Source of the DNA: Nitrospinota bacterium
GTDB taxonomy: Bacteria; Nitrospinota_A; UBA7883; JACRGQ01
Length of the DNA: 64,000 nt
Assembly: GCA_016200345.1 (NCBI GenBank)
Contig: JACQEX010000072.1
Location: forward strand, 7,233 to 71,232
Reading direction: 5' to 3'
This document shows positions 38,462 to 47,365 of the stretch, piece after piece. Positions within the stretch are counted from its first letter, which is position 1. The number at the start of each line of letters is the position of its first letter. The translations under genes and the position numbers were made by a program. The notes beneath the pieces were generated by a model, which did not search any database, was not told where the DNA came from, and saw nothing but the letters and a program-made list of their open reading frames with translations.

Positions 38462-40893
38462 TTTGCCATCGCCTTCATCAGTTTTTCGGCCAGGGCCGGA
38501 ATTTCGCTTACGTCCCTTCCGTAGCCGTCCGCGCCGATCTCCTGGGCGAAGGATTTGGTGACCACCGCGCCCCCCACCATAATCCTATAGGGGAGGTTGC
38601 GCTTTTTAACCTCCTCCACAACGAGCGGCATTTGTATCATAGTCGTGGTCATAAGGGCGGAAAGCGCGAGGATGTCCGCGTTGTTTTCCTCCGCCGACCT
38701 TAGAATGTCGTCCAGTGGGACGTTTCTGCCCAAATCAACCACCTTGTAGCCGTAGTTTTGCAACATTATGCAACATACGTTTTTGCCGATGTCGTGAACG
38801 TCCCCCTTCACCGTCGCGAAAATAATCGTGCCGGCGTTTTTCCCCTTTCGTTCGGCGGCCAGCAATGGCTCCAATATTTCCATCGCCTTTTTCATCGTGT
38901 CCGCCGAGGCGACGAGGTGCGGGATGAATTTTTTACGCTCCGCGAAAAGATCCCCCACGCGCCGGATGGCCGGGGTCAGGTGATTAAAGAAAATGTCCAT
39001 CGGCTTCTCGCCTCCGGCCAGCGCGGTCTTGACCAGCGCCATAACCGAGTCCTTCTCCCCCTCCACCACCGCGTTAAAAATCGGGTGGTGTTTTACGGGC
39101 GATTCCCCCCCGGCGGAGGCCGACGGGGCGATAATTTTCGACTGCGGCTCCGAGACGGACTGAACCCATTTTCCCGCCTCCTCCATGTACCTTTTGCAAC
39201 CTACGTCGCGCCTTGTGAAAAGCGAGGCCGCTGACGAGGTTTTGTGTATCCATTCGTCATACGGGTTGACTATCGCGGCGTCCAGCCCCTCGGCCATGCA
39301 CATAGCCAAAAAGCCGTTGTTTATCGCCTGCCTGTCCGGCAGGCCGAAGGAGGTGTTTGAAAGCCCAACCGTGGTCGCGCAACCAAGCTCCTCCCTGATT
39401 CGGCGGATGGTGATAAGCGTCTGCGCCGCCCCCTCCTGCATGGCGGAAACCACCACCGAAAGGCAGTCGAACACAATGTCCTCGCGCCGAAGGCCGAGCG
39501 CAAGCGCGCGGTCAAGAATTCTTTTTGCGTACTCAAACCGTTTTTGGGCCGATTCCGGCACGTCCTCGCCCGCGGTGAGGGCGATTACGGCGGCGCCCAT
39601 CCGTTTTATGAGAGGGAGAATCGCCTCCATTTTTTCCGCCTCCGCGTTGACGGAGTTGACCAGCGCCCTGCCGGCATACACCGAAAGGCCGGTCGCAAGC
39701 GCGTTGTTGTTGGAGGAGTCAATCACCAGCGGAAGTCTTGTGACGTTTTGCAGGGCGGTCACGGCCTTCGCCATCATCTTCGGCTCGTCCGTTAGGGGAA
39801 CGCCGACGTTGACGTCGAGCGCCGATGCACCGGCCTCCTCCTGCTTGCGCGCCTCCAATAAAATGAGGTCGGTGTCCCCGTCCTTCACCGACTGGGCGAA
39901 TTTTTTTCTGCCGGTGGGGTTTATTTTTTCGCCGATTTTTACGAACGGTTTTCCCTCGCCAATCCATAACGCGCTGGAGCGGGATGATATGCCGACGCCC
40001 CCCCTGCCGCGTCTGGCGAGAACCGGCTTCCCCTTGACCAGGGCGGATATTTTTTGGATGTACTCCGGTCTTGTTCCACAACAGCCGCCGATGATGTTGG
40101 CGCCTAGCTCCACGAATTTTTCGGAGTAGGAGGCGATTTCGTCCATGGAGGCGAGGTAGCTGGTAATTCCGCCTTTTATGGTCGGAAGTCCGGCGTTTGG
40201 CTCCACCATTATGGGTAGGCTGGAGACCTCCGCAATTCGCCCGACGACCTCCAGCATCTCGGCCGGGCCTGTGGAGCAGTTCACGCCGATGACGTCCACG
40301 CCAAGCCCCTCCATGACGACCGCCGCGGCTTCGGGGCCGGTGCCGGTGTCGGTCACACCCCCGGCGGCGTACGTCATGCTCGCGATAAGCGGTGTGTTTT
40401 TTCGCACCTCGTTGCAGGCTATTATCGCGGCCTTCATCTCCATGAGGTCGAACATGGTCTCGATTATCAGGATGTCCGTCCCGGCCTCGACGAGCGCGGA
40501 GGCCTGTTGCCTGAAAATTGTTATCGCGTCCTCGAACGCCAGGTCGCCCACGGGGAACACCAGCCTACCGGACGGCCCCATGCCCCCCGCGACAAGCGCC
40601 CTGCCGTCGGCGCCGCGCCGCGCGTTTTCCACTGCGGCCCTGTTGATGGCCTTTAGGTCGCCATGTCTGCCGTATTCCTCCAGGCGCGGAACGCACGCTC
40701 CGAATGTGTTGGTGATTACAATCTGCGCCCCGGCGTCCACGTACCTCTTGTGGACGTTTACGATTACGTCCGGTTTTTCCAGGTTCCAAAGGTCGGGCGC
40801 GTACCCGGCGGGAAGCCCCTCGCCCTGTAGCAAGGCCCCCATGGAGCCGTCAATTATCATCACCTCTTTGGAGACTCTTTCGACGAATTTCAT
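38458..40893 (-). CDS. metH: cobalamin-dependent methionine synthase lacking the C-terminal AdoMet reactivation domain
   Basis: Hcy-binding, pterin-binding and B12-binding domains (DVHDIGKNV...SALMTTTM). 811 aa versus ~1230 for full-length MetH. Confidence 0.88.
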   Translation of the reverse strand: MKFVERVSKEVMIIDGSMGALLQGEGLPAGYAPDLWNLEKPDVIVNVHKRYVDAGAQIVITNTFGACVPRLEEYGRHGDLKAINRAAVENARRGADGRALVAGGMGPSGRLVFPVGDLAFEDAITIFRQQASALVEAGTDILIIETMFDLMEMKAAIIACNEVRKNTPLIASMTYAAGGVTDTGTGPEAAAVVMEGLGVDVIGVNCSTGPAEMLEVVGRIAEVSSLPIMVEPNAGLPTIKGGITSYLASMDEIASYSEKFVELGANIIGGCCGTRPEYIQKISALVKGKPVLARRGRGGVGISSRSSALWIGEGKPFVKIGEKINPTGRKKFAQSVKDGDTDLILLEARKQEEAGASALDVNVGVPLTDEPKMMAKAVTALQNVTRLPLVIDSSNNNALATGLSVYAGRALVNSVNAEAEKMEAILPLIKRMGAAVIALTAGEDVPESAQKRFEYAKRILDRALALGLRREDIVFDCLSVVVSAMQEGAAQTLITIRRIREELGCATTVGLSNTSFGLPDRQAINNGFLAMCMAEGLDAAIVNPYDEWIHKTSSAASLFTRRDVGCKRYMEEAGKWVQSVSEPQSKIIAPSASAGGESPVKHHPIFNAVVEGEKDSVMALVKTALAGGEKPMDIFFNHLTPAIRRVGDLFAERKKFIPHLVASADTMKKAMEILEPLLAAERKGKNAGTIIFATVKGDVHDIGKNVCCIMLQNYGYKVVDLGRNVPLDDILRSAEENNADILALSALMTTTMIQMPLVVEEVKKRNLPYRIMVGGAVVTKSFAQEIGADGYGRDVSEIPALAEKLMKAMAK

Positions 40894-40973
40894 TGTGCGC
40901 CTATTCTACAGCGACAAATCGTTTAAATGATAGGCGGGAAAAAAGTGGTTGAGGTGTCGGAGTTTTACGAAAT

Positions 40974-41576
40974 TCAACGGTCAACTTTTCGCATCTCCTC
41001 GGCGGTGAGGATGTCAAGCGGGGTTCCACGTTCGACAAGTTTTTCAATTATGGTTTTTTTGGTCTCCGGCGGGAGGTTTTGCCCCATTTTGTTTTTCACC
41101 TCCGCGGTCTCCGGCAAAATTTTGAACACGGCGGTCTCGGCCAGCCCGTTTTTATAAAGCGGGTCGTCCGCCGAGATTTGCGAGTATCCCCCCTCGGGCT
41201 GGTATTTTTGCATTATCACGTTTAGCGCGTCCGCCTTTTCCGCCGGATTCTCCACCAAAGAGCCGCGCCCCTTAATGTAGGCGGACTTGTAATAAATGCT
41301 CGCCGGACAGGCGTATTTCGGCGAACGCCAGTAGGAGGGTACCGACGAGTAGGTGAGGTAGGCCATGAACGTCACCTTCGGGCCGTTTGTCAACAGCTCG
41401 AATTTTTCGCCAGACCCGGCCCCGTGAAAATAAACCGCCCCTTCGTGCCAAGCAAAATTAACCGGGATCACGCGGGGAAAGCCGGACGAATCGGTAATTC
41501 CAAGCTCCCCCACGATGGCGGATGCGAAGATGAAATCAAGCTCCTCGTTTTGGCCGGCGAAGTCTTCCCTTCTCAT
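40974..41576 (-). CDS. pyridoxamine 5'-phosphate oxidase-like FMN-binding split-barrel protein
   Basis: PNPOx-like fold (..FPRVIPVNFAWHEGAVYFHGAGSGEK..). ATG 41576 preferred over the upstream TTG. Confidence 0.65.
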   Translation of the reverse strand: MRREDFAGQNEELDFIFASAIVGELGITDSSGFPRVIPVNFAWHEGAVYFHGAGSGEKFELLTNGPKVTFMAYLTYSSVPSYWRSPKYACPASIYYKSAYIKGRGSLVENPAEKADALNVIMQKYQPEGGYSQISADDPLYKNGLAETAVFKILPETAEVKNKMGQNLPPETKKTIIEKLVERGTPLDILTAEEMRKVDR

Positions 41577-41681
41577 TTTGGGGATGATACGCGATGAGCG
41601 GGGTCTTTTCAATTATTTTGAATGTTGCGAATCATCCATTTTCCCCCTTCGCGGGCTTCGGGGCTTCGCGCGAGCTTCTTT

Positions 41682-42725
41682 TTAGTCGGTTTTTCCGGAC
41701 GGCGCGAAGACAGAATCTTTTTCGGACATTTTCTTTCGGGGAACCGGAACCTTTAGAAGATAGCCGGACGGAACGGCGTCTTTCTCTGTCATGCCGTTCA
41801 TCACCGCAATTTCAAACGCCATCCCCTCGTCCTTGGAAAGCTCCCTAGCGATGCCCCTGTACGTGTCTCCTTCCTTTGTCCTATACGCCTTCAAGACAAA
41901 CGGCGGTGGGGTTTTTGTGTTCTTATCTCCCCTCCCGTACGCAAGACCCTCAATCGCAATTATGTACTGCTCGCGGTTTACGACGGAGCTTTTTCCGCGG
42001 TTGAGGAGTATGTCCGCCTTTTCCCTGCTTTTTACCACGCGCTCCACCGTTTCCGGGTGGCTTGCCATGAACCCGTGGTATTCCACGCCGGAAACGCGCT
42101 CCTTAAACTGTAGCGACCTGAAAAATCTTGACTGCTCCCTCGGGTCGAACCCGGCGTCCATGGAGTAGATGAGGCCGAACTCGTCGGCCTGCGACTCCAA
42201 ATCCCTGCCGTAACCGGCCCCGTTCAAGGCGGAAAGGGTGGACGCGGCCGTTACCCAGGCCGCCGCCCCCTGCGCGCCGCCGCCGCCGGCCACCGTCGCG
42301 CCAAGTCCGGCAAGCATCAAAAGCGAGTCCCCCATGCTTTTTTGCATCTGCTTGTAGGAGTGGTGGCCTATGACGTGCCCCATCTCGTGTCCCAGCACCC
42401 CGGCAAACTCCGCCTCGCTGTCCAGATAGGCAAGCATCCCGCGCGCGATGTAAACGTAGCCGCCGGGGACGGCGAATGCGTTTATCATCGGGTCGTCTAT
42501 AACCAGAATGTGAAATTGAAACTCCGGGTTTTCTATGGACGCCGCAAGTTTTTGCGACATTTCCGAGGCGTATTTTTGTATTTTTTCGTCATGGACCACG
42601 CCGAACTGATCTCGGACGAATTTGTCGTACTGTTCGCCTATTTTAACCTCGTCCTTGGCGGTCTCGGCTGAAGCCCCCACGACGAGCGCAATCGCCGTGC
42701 AAAAAACCAATAATGTCTTTTTCAT
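41682..42725 (-). CDS. secreted M48-family Zn-metallopeptidase with C-terminal LysM domain
   Basis: Signal peptide. HEMGHVIGHH (HExxH) zincin motif, LysM-like C-terminus (YRTKEGDTYRGIARELS...). Confidence 0.8.
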   Translation of the reverse strand: MKKTLLVFCTAIALVVGASAETAKDEVKIGEQYDKFVRDQFGVVHDEKIQKYASEMSQKLAASIENPEFQFHILVIDDPMINAFAVPGGYVYIARGMLAYLDSEAEFAGVLGHEMGHVIGHHSYKQMQKSMGDSLLMLAGLGATVAGGGGAQGAAAWVTAASTLSALNGAGYGRDLESQADEFGLIYSMDAGFDPREQSRFFRSLQFKERVSGVEYHGFMASHPETVERVVKSREKADILLNRGKSSVVNREQYIIAIEGLAYGRGDKNTKTPPPFVLKAYRTKEGDTYRGIARELSKDEGMAFEIAVMNGMTEKDAVPSGYLLKVPVPRKKMSEKDSVFAPSGKTD

Positions 42726-42802
42726 TTTCCTGTCCACATGGTAGCACCTTTCAAACAAAATAATCCTGCAAAACGCCGGTTCGCCGGGGGTATCATGGCG
42801 CG

Positions 42803-43399
42803 ATGGGGCAGATGGAAATTAATTTTAACGCCGGGCGCGAGAAGCGGGTGGTGACGTTCGACATAGAGACGCGCCTCTCAGCCCAAGAAGTCGGCGGCTG
42901 GAACAACAAGCATCTCATGCGGGTCGCCGTCGTCGTGGCGCACGATTCGGCGGACGGCCAGTTCAAGGTTTTTTACGAGGAGCAGACCCCCGCGCTTTTG
43001 GAGCTTTTAAAAAACGCCGACCTCGTCGTCGGTTATAACTCCAGAAACTTCGACTACGCCGTCCTTGGCGGCTACACAAAGGAGCCACTGCATAAAACCC
43101 TCCCCACCTTTGACGTGATGGAGGAGATTGAGAAAAAAATCGGCTTCCGCGTCAAGCTGGACAACGTGGCGCAGTTCACGCTCGGCGTGGGGAAAAGCGG
43201 CGACGGCCTTCAGTCGCTTGAGTGGGTTAAACAGGGAAAGATGGACTTGGTGCGCGACTATTGCATACAGGACGTGAAGGTGACGCTGGACGTGTTTAAA
43301 TACGCCGTGGAGCACAAGGAGCTTTTTTATTCGGACAAAAAGGGGAACAAGGTCTCGATAAAGATGGACGTGGATCTCGGCAAGTTTTATAAAAAATGA
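42803..43399 (+). CDS. DEDDy-type 3'-5' exonuclease (RNase H-like fold)
   Basis: Exo I FDIET, Exo II VGYNSRNFDYAVL, Exo III YCIQDVKVT motifs. Confidence 0.65.
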   Translation: MGQMEINFNAGREKRVVTFDIETRLSAQEVGGWNNKHLMRVAVVVAHDSADGQFKVFYEEQTPALLELLKNADLVVGYNSRNFDYAVLGGYTKEPLHKTLPTFDVMEEIEKKIGFRVKLDNVAQFTLGVGKSGDGLQSLEWVKQGKMDLVRDYCIQDVKVTLDVFKYAVEHKELFYSDKKGNKVSIKMDVDLGKFYKK

Positions 43400-43532
43400 G
43401 GCTCCGAAAAGTTCCGTTGCCGGAAGGCCACTTCGAACCCATAAAACCTCGGGGAAAATGTAGATGAGGCGTATTCGTGGCGCCTATTAAAAATAATTTT
43501 TGGCACCATAATTGCTTCTTGGAGACGACCAG

Positions 43533-44459
43533 ATGATGAGGGGTTGTAATGGAAGAAACAAATTTTGGGTGGTCATTTCACTTTTGGCCACCATTATGAT
43601 TTCATCCACAGGCTGTTCCGGCTCCGCCACCCCAAGTGCGTCATCCGGTAGCGGGACTTGGGCCGGCCTGGGCGTCAGCACAAAATCCGACACCATAACG
43701 GGCGTCGGCGGTCTGCCACACGCCCAGTACATGGTGGACAGCCACGCCACGCTTAGTTGTGTAAACTGCCATGCCTCCGGGGTGGCGAGGGAATCCATCT
43801 GCGTCAACTGCCACCCGTTAAACGCACTAGGCTCCTCAATCACCGGCACGGCGGTCGACCTCTCGACGGTAACCACAAATGCCAACCACGTCACTCTGTC
43901 CACCGGCACGCATTGCAACGCCTGCCACTACTCCAACAACGGTTCCGGCGCGGGCCAGGGGTGGCGATGGCCGACCATAACCGACACGACGATAGTGTCG
44001 CCGACGTTGAAGACTAGAATTAACCACGCGCAGTGGCACGGCATTTTAAAAGGGGTCTGCCTAAAATGCCATCCGTTTGCAAGCATAACGCTTCCGTCCG
44101 CGCATCCCTCCGTAAACTCCTCCACCGCCTGCGAGTCTTGCCACTATTATTTGAACGGCAAATGGGGCGGCAGGCACATCTTGGTGTCGAGCGGGTGCAA
44201 CCAGTCCGGTTGTCACGCCACCCACGCCCACTCCACCGTCTCCAGCAGAACCATCACGTCCGGGCAGTCGTTCGGGAGCATAGATTGCGCCAACTGCCAC
44301 CAGGCGTCGGTGTCGGGTAGCTTTGCGAACTGGCTTGGCGCGGGTCATGAATCCGTAAGCAACGGTTGCAACGCCTGCCACCAATACCACCACAACTCAA
44401 GCGACTGCGTAAGTTGCCACTCCGTAAACTATTCTTCCTGGTCGGGCGCGAGGGATTGA
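43533..44459 (+). CDS. lipoprotein multiheme c-type cytochrome (8 CxxCH + 1 CX4CH)
   Basis: Signal peptide with lipobox (LATIMISSTGCSG). Heme motifs CVNCH, CVNCH, CNACH, CLKCH, CESCH, CNQSGCH, CANCH, CNACH, CVSCH. GGAG SD before ATG 43533. Confidence 0.85.
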   Translation: MMRGCNGRNKFWVVISLLATIMISSTGCSGSATPSASSGSGTWAGLGVSTKSDTITGVGGLPHAQYMVDSHATLSCVNCHASGVARESICVNCHPLNALGSSITGTAVDLSTVTTNANHVTLSTGTHCNACHYSNNGSGAGQGWRWPTITDTTIVSPTLKTRINHAQWHGILKGVCLKCHPFASITLPSAHPSVNSSTACESCHYYLNGKWGGRHILVSSGCNQSGCHATHAHSTVSSRTITSGQSFGSIDCANCHQASVSGSFANWLGAGHESVSNGCNACHQYHHNSSDCVSCHSVNYSSWSGARD

Positions 44460-44488
44460 TTGAAAAACAATATTGGCAGAGATTTAAA

Positions 44489-47365
44489 ATGACGGTTCGT
44501 AAGGGGGGGGCGCATAAGGTTGCGTCGGCGCCGCGTCTATGGCTGTTTCTACTTTTGTTTCCGCTTGTTTTTGCGTCCCCGGCCCTTGCCGCCGATTTTG
44601 GAAGCCTGATAACTCCGGGCGAGCTTTCCTCCCTCCATAAGGAGGCGGACGGAATATCAAACTGCACCAAGTGCCACATAAGGGGGAGCGGAATAACCAA
44701 CTCGGCCTGTCTGGAATGCCACAAGGACGTCTCCTCCGCCATTGACTCCAAAATCGGGTACCACGCCTCCGTATCGTCGCAAAAGTGCATAGAGTGCCAC
44801 ACCGACCACAAGGGGAAATCGTTCTCGCTGGTGGATTGGAGCCCGAAAAAATTCGACCACTCCAAGGCCGGGTACAACCTCACGGGCAAACACTCGCAGA
44901 CCGCCTGCGAAAAATGCCACAAGACAAAAACAAAGGGAGGGGCTCAGAGCTACCTCGGCGCGCAAACCGCGTGCAAATCGTGCCACGAGGACGTCCATAA
45001 AGGGGAGTTCAAGGAGGCCGCCTGCGACACGTGCCACAACACCGAGGGGTGGAAGTGGAAATACGTCAGGTTCGACCACAACAAGCCCTACCCGCTTGAC
45101 GGCAAACACGAAAAAGTCCCGTGCCTAAAATGCCATCCCGTCAAGGCAATATTCCTCGTGCCTGAAAAAGAGAAGTGCGTCACCTGCCATTTGAAGGACG
45201 ACAAGCACAAGGGCAAGCTCGGCCCGGCCTGTGAAAAATGCCACAAGACCGCCGGGTGGAAGGACATTTTGATGGATCACTCAAAGACAAGGTATCCGCT
45301 TGTCGAAAAACATTTGCAGGTCGCGTGCGAAAAATGCCATGTTGACTCGAAGAAGACCGGCTCTTTCAAACTGGCCCGGTTCGACGTCTGCGACGCGCCG
45401 GGATGCCACGACGTCGGCAAATTTGGCAACGTGCACGAAAAACAGTTCGTCGGCAAAACCTGCGACGCGTGCCACAACGTCGCGGGGTTCAAGCCGTCGT
45501 TGTTCAAGCACGAGGCCCAGGCTTACGTTGGTTTCAAACTGGCCGGCAAACACGCGCAGACCGCGTGCGTAAAATGCCACAGGCCCGATCCCATCACGAA
45601 GGTCGCTCTCTTCAAGCCCATTGTAACCACGTCTTGCGACGTAAAAGGGTGCCACGACGTGAAGGAGCGCGGGAACATCCACGGGCTTCAGTTCAAGGGG
45701 CAGAAGTGCGACGCATGCCACAACGAGCAGGGATGGAAACCGACCGTGTTCAGGCACAACGACGAGCGGTACGCGGGCTTTAAACTTTTGGGCAAACATG
45801 AAAAGACGGAGTGCTCCAAGTGCCACGTTCCCGATTCGCTCACCAAAGCGGCGTTGTACAAGCCATTAAACAGTTCCTCGTGCGACGCGAGGGGATGCCA
45901 CGACGTGAAGGAGCGGGGGGGCGTACATGGTTCGCAGTTCAAGGGTCTGCGGTGCGAGACCTGCCACAACGAGCAGGGGTGGAAGCCGACCCTTTTCAAG
46001 CATTCCGACGATAGATTCCAAATCTTCCGGCTTGTCGGGAAGCACGAGAAAACTCCGTGCGAAAAATGTCACAGAGCCGACGCGGACACGAAGGTGGTCA
46101 AATACAGGCCGATAGTCAGCACCACGTGCGACTGGGGCGGTTGCCACGACGTGAAGGAGCGCGGGAACGTCCACGGCCCTCAGTTCAAGCGGCAAACGTG
46201 CGACTCCTGCCACAACGAGCAGGGATGGAAGCCGACGCTTTTCAAACACGACGACCCGAAGTACGCCGGGTTCAAACTTTTGGGCAAGCACGAGAAAACG
46301 CCCTGCGAAAAATGTCATCCGACCGGCCCCGTCGGGACGGCTGTATACAAGCCGATAAACTACTCCTCCTGCTCCGAGGTGGCCTGCCACAAAAATCCGC
46401 ACGGCGAACAGTTCACGGATAAAAAATGCGAGCAGTGCCACAACGAGAGGGATTGGAAGGAGCTTACCTTCAACCACAAGACTCAGTCGCGCTTCCCCTT
46501 GGAAGGAAAACATATCCCGGCAAAATGCGACAAGTGTCACGCCAACAAAGTTTGGCGTCCTCTGGCGATGGAGTGCATAAACTGCCACAAGAAAGACGAC
46601 GACAAGGCCCACGGCGGTAAAATGGGGGACAAGTGCGTCTCGTGCCACACCGCCCAAAACTGGGAGCCGAATAATTTCTTCCACGACGTAACGGGGTTCA
46701 AGCTCCAATGGGCGCACAAGCAGATTGCCTGCACCGAGTGCCACAAGACGAAGGGCGTTTTCGCCGGCCTCGGGCCGGAGTGCACAAAATGCCACACCGA
46801 CCCGCATCTGAACCAATTCGGGCCGGCCCAGTGCTCGCAATGCCACACGGCCAAAAACTGGTACGCGGAAAAATTCAACCACGGCTTCACCGGCTTCAGG
46901 CTGGAGGGGGGGCACAGGGCGGCCTCGTGCGAGCAGTGCCACAAAAACAGGGCGTACAGGAGCCTTTCCACGGACTGCTACCGATGCCACCAAAAAGAAT
47001 TTACGCGGTCCGCGTTCCACGCCGGGCAGGGCTCCACGAACTGCGTCCTCTGCCACAAGGTTTACGGATGGAATCCGGCCTCGTTTTTCCACAAGACTAT
47101 GACGTTTACCGGCTATCACAAGGTGATTCAGTACACCTGCACGTCGTGCCACACCTCCAACCCGCCGACGACGGCCAACCTAAAATGGGCCGCGTCCGTG
47201 CAGTCGCAATGCTCCGTTTGTCACACCCCGCCGCACCCGGCGTCGGGGGCGCACTCCACCGGGACCTGTCCGACGTCGTGCGATTTGTGCCACAACACGT
47301 CGAATTTTACCTCCGTCTCGTCCAGCCTTCCGTCCTGCAAGCCGGGGGTGAAACATGGGCGTTGA
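44489..47365 (+). CDS. secreted giant multiheme c-type cytochrome (~31 CxxCH + ~5 CX4CH; tandem c7-like triheme modules)
   Basis: Signal peptide (..LVFASPALA|ADFG). 958 aa with CxxCH roughly every 25-30 aa. Repeated module C-x4-CHDVKERG...C-x2-CHNEQGWKPT.F.H....GFKL.GKHE.T.C.KCH, four times. Confidence 0.9.
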   Translation: MTVRKGGAHKVASAPRLWLFLLLFPLVFASPALAADFGSLITPGELSSLHKEADGISNCTKCHIRGSGITNSACLECHKDVSSAIDSKIGYHASVSSQKCIECHTDHKGKSFSLVDWSPKKFDHSKAGYNLTGKHSQTACEKCHKTKTKGGAQSYLGAQTACKSCHEDVHKGEFKEAACDTCHNTEGWKWKYVRFDHNKPYPLDGKHEKVPCLKCHPVKAIFLVPEKEKCVTCHLKDDKHKGKLGPACEKCHKTAGWKDILMDHSKTRYPLVEKHLQVACEKCHVDSKKTGSFKLARFDVCDAPGCHDVGKFGNVHEKQFVGKTCDACHNVAGFKPSLFKHEAQAYVGFKLAGKHAQTACVKCHRPDPITKVALFKPIVTTSCDVKGCHDVKERGNIHGLQFKGQKCDACHNEQGWKPTVFRHNDERYAGFKLLGKHEKTECSKCHVPDSLTKAALYKPLNSSSCDARGCHDVKERGGVHGSQFKGLRCETCHNEQGWKPTLFKHSDDRFQIFRLVGKHEKTPCEKCHRADADTKVVKYRPIVSTTCDWGGCHDVKERGNVHGPQFKRQTCDSCHNEQGWKPTLFKHDDPKYAGFKLLGKHEKTPCEKCHPTGPVGTAVYKPINYSSCSEVACHKNPHGEQFTDKKCEQCHNERDWKELTFNHKTQSRFPLEGKHIPAKCDKCHANKVWRPLAMECINCHKKDDDKAHGGKMGDKCVSCHTAQNWEPNNFFHDVTGFKLQWAHKQIACTECHKTKGVFAGLGPECTKCHTDPHLNQFGPAQCSQCHTAKNWYAEKFNHGFTGFRLEGGHRAASCEQCHKNRAYRSLSTDCYRCHQKEFTRSAFHAGQGSTNCVLCHKVYGWNPASFFHKTMTFTGYHKVIQYTCTSCHTSNPPTTANLKWAASVQSQCSVCHTPPHPASGAHSTGTCPTSCDLCHNTSNFTSVSSSLPSCKPGVKHGR
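45389..46372 (+). repeat. four tandem in-frame 246-bp repeats (82-aa triheme modules) inside the giant cytochrome gene, plus a degenerate fifth unit
   Basis: TGCGAC...GGNTGCCACGACGT repeat anchors at 45389, 45635, 45881 and 46127 (period exactly 246 nt). A divergent unit starts at 46370. Confidence 0.85.
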
